From: Eledone cirrhosa
Lineage: Eukaryota
NCBI GenBank assembly: GCA_964016885.1
Contig: OZ024741.1
Span: forward strand, 398,474,001 to 398,538,000
DNA: 64,000 bases
Reading direction: 5' to 3'
The notes beneath the pieces are model-generated. The model did no database searches. It was not told the DNA's origin and saw nothing but the letters and a program-made list of their open reading frames with translations. Shown here in pieces: positions 55,464-64,000 of the stretch. Numbering within the stretch: the first letter of the stretch is position 1; every line of letters starts with the position of its first letter. The position numbers and the translations under genes are program-made.

Positions 55464-58313
55464 CACATCCGGGTGTCTGTGTGTGTTTGTGTTCATTTTT
55501 CTATTTTTCTATTTATATTTTTCTATTTGTTTGTTTATTTATTTATTTATTGTTGGTTGGTTGTTTGTTCTATGTGTGTGTGTGTTTTCATTTTGTCTTG
55601 TGTGTGTTTTCATTTTGTGTGTGTTTTCAATTGTAAGTTGTTTGTTCTATGTGTGTGTGTGTTTTCATTTTGTCCTTAATTGTAAGTTGTGATGTTGCTG
55701 TTCCACTCATATTTTCTATTTAATTTTGGTTTTAATTCTTTTATGCTTACTGCCTCTGTAATTTGCCTAAACATTGCGTCTTTCTTGTGTGTGGATTCTA
55801 TTTTTATTTCTATGCTCTCTAATTTACCCCTGTGTTCTATCTTAGCATGTTGGTAGAGCACAGATGATTCTTTACTATCTTGGAGGTCTCGCCAGTGTTC
55901 ATTTATTCGTTCCCCTATACTACGAGCTGTCTCACCTATGTACACTACATTTTTGTTTCTACATTGTCCTTCAGTACATCTTATGCTATATACTACATTT
56001 CTAGTTTTACAGTTAATATGGGGGCTTATTTTACAGGTTATACATTTCTTATCTATACATGAGGGTCTTTGGAACGGGTATGTCTTGCTAATAAGTGTTT
56101 TTACGGAGGTACCAGGTCTTTCTACTATCTTAATATTGAGATTATGTTTCTTTAGGGCCCTTCTAAATTTGTAGGCTAGTTCGCCTCTAGGGGTTGTATT
56201 GATGAACATTACACTCTGGTATTTATTGCTATCATACCATGAGTTTATTCTATTGGCCTTGTTCTTAGTTCTTTCTATTCTATTCCAAAATTTGCTCCTA
56301 TACAAGGGGCAGGTCCCATTTATGTCATTATTTACCATTTTTTCCCATTTGGTTCTGGCTCCTTTATACACTCTGATTCTATCTCTCTGATTGTAGCCAG
56401 AGAACTGCATACGGTGGATGAAGTGTTGTATGTGTCTCTCTAGTTCTTCGGGGTTGCACATGCGGGACACATTTCTCATCACCCGTACCAAATCCGCAAT
56501 CAGTATGTTGATTTTGGTATGGTCCGAAATGGCCGAGTTTCGGTGGATCAGATGTTTGGAAGTCATGGGTTTGGCATAATGGGAATGGAGGATTTGTTTT
56601 TGGTTGTTAATAGTATCTAACCAGAGCTCTGTGTCTAGTACAGGTAATCGATGGTTGGGGTGTCTACTTGGGTAGTCTATAGTAACTCTAATGCTCTGGT
56701 GGATGGAGTTTGCTATTTGCTGGATGCTTTCCATTGTGTTTTTCTCTAGTTCCTGACTGTTCTTTAGTGGGGGTGTCTTAACTACGATGTTTATATCATC
56801 TACGTAGCGGGAGTACATTATCAGGGTTAAGCTGTCTTCTAATTGTTCATTAAGTTTTTGTTTAAGTCTACTGTCCCACCATACCATGAATAAGTTAGCT
56901 ATGTCGCCTGCAATGCTAACACCAATGGCTGCTCCTTCCTCTTGGGCATATGTTTTACCATTAAATTTGAACATATGTTCCTTAAGGGTTAGTTTTATGC
57001 TGGCCCCTACCGCATGTGCAATCATTTTCTTCAGTTCATCGTGGTTTTCGGGTGTCCGTATGGCTCTGGTCCACCCGTTCCATCTATCTGTGTGGGTTTT
57101 CTTGGCCATAGAGGTAATGGTAGGTGGTCTGCCTCTTGCTGGTCTTGTAGGGCACAGGTTGCTAAGGTCATAAGTGTCTAGGTAACTATTACTATGGGTA
57201 AGCTTAAGCTTAATTGACGGTATCAACATGGCCGACACCTCATTATCTGAAGAGTTCAACAATGAAAATACCAACATCGATGGAAACACGGAAATAGATA
57301 ATAATGAAATGTCTGTGTTACGTCTGCCACCCAAATTTGCGACATTCAAGAAGGTAAATATGATTAGTTGTCTGTCAGAAATAGAAAAATCATTTACGAA
57401 ACTACGCTGGAGCATCAAAAACAAAAACAAAAGCAACAATATACACACACACATATACAACACACATCCCAACAACAACAGACACACAGACACAAACAAC
57501 AATAACAACAACAATAGCAACATACCCAGATACAACAACAACAATAGCAACATACCCAGATACAACAGACACGCAGACACAAACAACAATAACAACACAC
57601 ACGGAGACAAGAATAACAACAACACACACATCAACAACAACAACAATAGCAACATACCCAGATACAACAACAACAGACACGCAAACACAAACAACAATAA
57701 CAACACACACAACAACGATAACACACACACACACGGAGACAACAACAACACACATCAACAACAACACACATCAACAACAACAACACACACGCATTCAATG
57801 CCTCTCACCACAATCTTAACAAACACACAGACACAGAAAACAAGTAATGACAGTAGCACAGAAATCAGAGAAATAAGAGAAAGTAATAGGATTAAAAGGA
57901 AAAGGAAAATGAGATGGGAGACTAAGGACAAAGAGAATAACCAAGACGAACACACAGACACACAAAATAGGGTAGATAACAACATTGAGCCAGTGGAAAG
58001 AGACAGGAGTAATTATGAGAGACATAGAAACAACCATGAAGCTGAGGCTGCTGCTGTTGGTGGAAATAGAAACAACACAACTAACAATAACAATAGCACT
58101 AGTACACATAAAGCAGCAGCCTGGAACTCTCCGTTTTATAACCCCTCCGATAAATCATTCGACCTACGACGAGTCCACGCCACGACTTTGCCATTTAACA
58201 AACGCACGCAGTTGCCGTCGCAGGTCGATGAACAAACAGAGGCACAATTTAGTATAGCTAAATCCGAACTTAGAAATATTATAGAACAGTATAGCAAGAA
58301 GTATAATAGAAGT

Positions 58314-60120
<1,807 letters not shown>

Positions 60121-60249
60121 TGTGATCTTTGTATAGAGGAAATATTTTTTATATTAAAGACCAAAAATTCCCTGAACTTAAGGAACAATTTATTCAGTTG
60201 CTGTAGACATAGATTGAACTCAACGTTTAAATATAAATTTAAAATGTAA
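60121..60249 (+). mobile_element. Fourth PLE remnant (extreme C-terminus of a PLE2-type ORF)
   Basis: Translates as [42 protein letters not shown], parallel to PLE2 CNLCLNEKFTII...RTDLFSICLHK. Confidence 0.7.
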
Positions 60250-60374
60250 TATATAATTAATTAATTCTATTGATATATTGAACCTATCGATAAATCATTA
60301 GATTCCTTCATTTTTTGACTACTTATACACTCAAGTAAAAAAAACTTTTCTTCCTAAATATAAATAAATATAAT

Positions 60375-61035
60375 TGTTTCTACTGTAGGCACAAGGCCAG
60401 CAATCAACCAGTGCATTACTGGTACTTTATGTTATCGACCCCGTAAGGATGAAAGGCAAAGTCAACCTCGGCGGGATTTGAACTTATAAATAAATATAAT
60501 TGTTTCTACTTTTGGCACAAGGCCAGCAATTATCCAGTGCATTACTGGTACTTTATTTTATCGACCCCGTAAGGATGAAAGGCAAAGTTAACCTCGGCGG
60601 GATTTGAACTCAAACCATAAAGGGGCGTAACTCTTTGCTGCAAAGCATAGCGTCAGACCCTCTACCGATACTGCCAATCCACCGCCCTATAAATAAATAT
60701 AATAAACTCTTGTAGAGAAATATACTGAAAGCTCTTAAAAGGGGAAAATATTTTTTGATAGTTTCTCCTATTTTCCAAAGTTTATCTTTTGAAAGTTTAT
60801 TTTTCTTTCTCTTATGGATATAAAATTAAGTTAAATATACGTAGAAAATTTTATACTAAATTTATTAAACATATTATTTTAAAATTATAACTTGAAATAT
60901 TCTATAATATTTTAAAAGTTATATTGTTTTAAAGTTATATTGCTTATAATTATATTTCCAAATCGTCACGTAATTCTTTTGTATTTTATGTACTTCAATT
61001 ATACTATGTACTGTATTTATATATACTTCTCTCTC

Positions 61036-61102
<67 letters not shown>

Positions 61103-61450
61103 ATTGATATACGTGTACGTATGTTTTATGCGTGTATGTGTATCTGTATGTATATATATATATGTGATGCATATCTGCCTATTTGTGTGGGTACGTATAT
61201 GTATGTATATGTGGGAATTGTGTATGTATATATGTGTATATGCATGCAATTCGATTACACTTATTTATAGGGATTATCCTAAGGTTTGTGACAAATAAAT
61301 ATATATAATAACTGTTTCTACTTTTTGGCACAAGGCCAGTAAATTACTCAGTACATTACTGGTACTTTATTTTATCGACCCCGTAAGGATGAAAGGCAAA
61401 GTTAACCTCGGCGGGATTTGAACTCAGAATGGCAAGGGCCGTAACTCTAT
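60375..61450 (-). mobile_element. Three SINE family A copies on the minus strand (60375-60485, 60500-60688, 61312-61450)
   Basis: Reverse complement of the family A motifs. Confidence 0.88.
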
Positions 61451-61576
61451 AAACATATATAATAACAGTCATAACTATATAACAGGTAATCTTATTAAAT
61501 ATAAAACTTATATAAAAAAAATTTGTATAATAACATAAAATGTCCTTTAATATCTTAACAATTGTAACATTTATAT

Positions 61577-61655
61577 AACTACTACTACTACTACTACGAC
61601 TACTACTACTACCACCACCACGACTATCATTATTAAAACCACTACCACCACACTA

Positions 61656-61692
<37 letters not shown>

Positions 61693-62340
61693 CACTACAC
61701 TACTACTACTACCACCACCACCACTACTACTACTATCACTACTACCACTTCTATTAAAACCACCACCAAACTACTACTACTATCACTACTATTAAAACCA
61801 CCACCCCCACTACTACTATCACTACTATTAAAACCACCACCACCACCACTACCACCACCACTACTACCACCACCACCACCACTACAACTACCACCACTAC
61901 TAAAACCACCACCACTACTACAACAACTAATACTAACACCACAACCAATATTACCACAGCCAGTACCACCTGCATTTACCATTGCCTCCCCCGTCAGCTT
62001 CTACATCACCACCACTACTAGAGCCACTACTACACTCCGTTACACCACCATCAACAACACCACTACTACTACTGCTACTACCACTACTACTACTACCACC
62101 ACTACCACCATTACTACTACTATTACTACTGCCACCACAACCCCTACTACCACTACTACTACTACCACCACTACCACTACTACTACTGCCACTACTAGCA
62201 CCACCACCACTACTGCACCCACAACCACTACTACTACTACTACTATTACTACTACTGCCACCACCACCACTACTACTACTACTGCCACTACCACCACCAT
62301 CACCATTACTACCACTGCCACCACCACCACCACTACTACA
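61577..62340. repeat. (CTA/CCA)n microsatellite
   Basis: Directly visible. Confidence 0.97.
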
Positions 62341-62795
62341 CTCCTTTTTTATACCACAACTTCTGAACTAATAGCCAATCGGTTGACAGCATTGTGATGA
62401 CACGTAAATATTTCAGTTGCTAATCTACTACTGTGTCTCCTGTCACACTAACTGCCATAGGCAGCACGAACTGGAATTGAATTCTGTTGATTGATTTGTT
62501 ATTGATTAGGCAAAACCTGCTGATGAAGTCGCATGCGCCGATTGTGCACTATTGTATAATAAATGCAGACAGTAGATGCTGTGCGCTCTCTTGCTGCATT
62601 ATGTGTGGCCAAACTCGAGCACGGGTATGAATTTATGGTACCCATTTATGTGTGTTGTATTGAAGCAAATAACTTCTGGTGTCTACTCTGGGATCTTTAC
62701 ATAACCTTGCCTATTGAGTATGCTGAGATGCAACTGGTCCTAGCAGTGAAACTTATGTTAGTCCTGTCAACTTATTATTATTATTCAATCCTCAA

Positions 62796-62985
62796 GGGTG
62801 GTGGATTGGCAGTATCGGTAGAGGGTCGGACGCCTTGCTTTGCAGCACAGTTACGTCCCTTTATGGACCGAGTTCAAAACCCGCCGAGGTTAACTTTGCC
62901 TTTCATCCTTACGGGGGTCGATAAAATAAAGTACCAGTAATGTACTGCGTAATTGCTGGCCTTGTGCCAAAAGTAGAAACAATTA
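62796..62985 (+). mobile_element. SINE family A copy
   Basis: Head, central and tail motifs with (TTA)n. Confidence 0.9.
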
Positions 62986-63010
62986 TTATTATTATTATTA
63001 TATATATATA

Positions 63011-63187
63011 TGAAAAGAGTGAGGACCCCGATGACTGTTCGGATCAGTTCGGATCTAACTGTCGAAACGGCCGGAGCTCAGCTGCCTGGCTCCTGACTCT
63101 TTTCACATTACCCACTCTACTACCCTAAGTATTGAGTTCTCTGATGCATTATGGTGCACCTGGTATCTTACCACATCCTCTTTGTTA
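63011..63187 (+). mobile_element. Short (TA)n-flanked element containing a degenerate hammerhead
   Basis: Long stem I TGAAAAGAGT..AGGA/TCCT..ACTCTTTTCA, CCGATGA, GAAA-CGGC...GCTG. Homolog of 12566-12760. Confidence 0.65.
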
Positions 63188-63198
63188 TATATATATAT

Positions 63199-63501
63199 TC
63201 GAAAGGTTGTGAGTTCAAGTCTCAGACCGGGTGATGTGTTGTTTCCTTGAGCAAGACACTTTATTTCACATTGCTCCAGTTTACTCAGCTGTAGAAATGA
63301 GATGATAGGGACTGGGGTTCCTAACATTCCACTGTAAAGTGGTCGTGGAGGTGCCACGGCAAAAAAGCACCCAGCACTCACTGTAAATGAGGTTGGTGTT
63401 AGGAAGGGCATCCAGCTGTAGAAATCAAGCCAGAATCAGTTCCCGTCCCACCCTTGCAAGCAGGGAAAAGTGGACGTAAAATGCTGATGATGATGATGAT
63501 G

Positions 63502-63503
<2 letters not shown>
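63199..63503 (+). mobile_element. SINE family B copy (5'-truncated) with RTE tail
   Basis: Near-identical to 26312-26590; (GAT)n tail. Confidence 0.9.
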
Positions 63504-63545
<42 letters not shown>

Positions 63546-64000
63546 GGTGTATGTCCAATTCTTCTCACACTTTACTTAGAAAGCTTGAGGCACAGGTACC
63601 AGTTAATCTAACACTTCTTACACATGTGTTGTATGAATATATGCAGAAAGGAATGTGAGTGCTTGGCAGTTTTATTTTCTTGTAAAGGTATTATTATTTT
63701 GTTTTGTAAAGTATAATATCTATAATATATTGTCTGCAGTAATTTTGTATTTTGTCTAGGCTGCTTACATACACACATAAATACATATACACACACACAT
63801 ATACAGACACACATTCATACATACATACATACACATGAACACACACATACATACATACATACACATATGCATAGACACATACATGCACACATACATACAT
63901 ACATACACACACATACATGCATATATACCTACATGCATACTAGACTGCTCCTTCAAAAAGTACTCTCCGCATTGGTCGATCAGGTCCCAAACCCAGACTA

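Larger units (their letters stand above)
55111..58313 (-). mobile_element. Penelope-like element 3 (Naiad-like) with an inverted 5' segment
   Basis: Minus strand 57212->55676: RGRPP, GAAIG...LFMVWWD, RYVDD, DYPS...LPVLD, CxxxxCxxC, VVYSIRC...YIGET.R...R..EH. Plus strand 57200-58313 encodes the N-terminal part ([21 protein letters not shown]). Confidence 0.88.

Noticed and set aside
55676-57212. Selenoprotein-type Naiad
   Set aside because: No in-frame TGA in the retained RT/EN region, and no SECIS that I can support.
62519-62560. Hammerhead at CTGATGA (also CTGACGC at 40873 and CTGAAGA at 13541)
   Set aside because: No correctly placed GAAA/stem III/stem I.

Overview
Repeat-dense eukaryotic genomic DNA. 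The SINE/LINE repertoire and (TA)n arrays look like an octopod cephalopod (inference). The only host coding sequence I recognise is the terminal exon of a SYAP1/Sap47-like gene (8093-8238, +), preceded by a >7.5 kb array of a 37-bp minisatellite that is probably intronic. The rest is transposon-derived: two tRNA-headed SINE families, RTE-type and CR1-type LINE relics, TTAA-flanked MITEs, a deleted mariner, a probable non-autonomous Helitron, three CRE-like (REL-endonuclease) fragments, and a decayed Gypsy LTR element (~29.2-33.9 kb). The most interesting part is 44-60 kb, a cluster of Penelope-like elements (PLEs) from at least three lineages embedded in kb-long (TA)n arrays. It includes a nearly intact tandem-pLTR copy fused head-to-head to a different PLE, a Naiad-like copy with a 5' inversion, several hammerhead ribozyme motifs, and fold-back hairpins whose turn points fall on hammerhead cores. 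All family assignments come from motif recognition by eye, not database searches.
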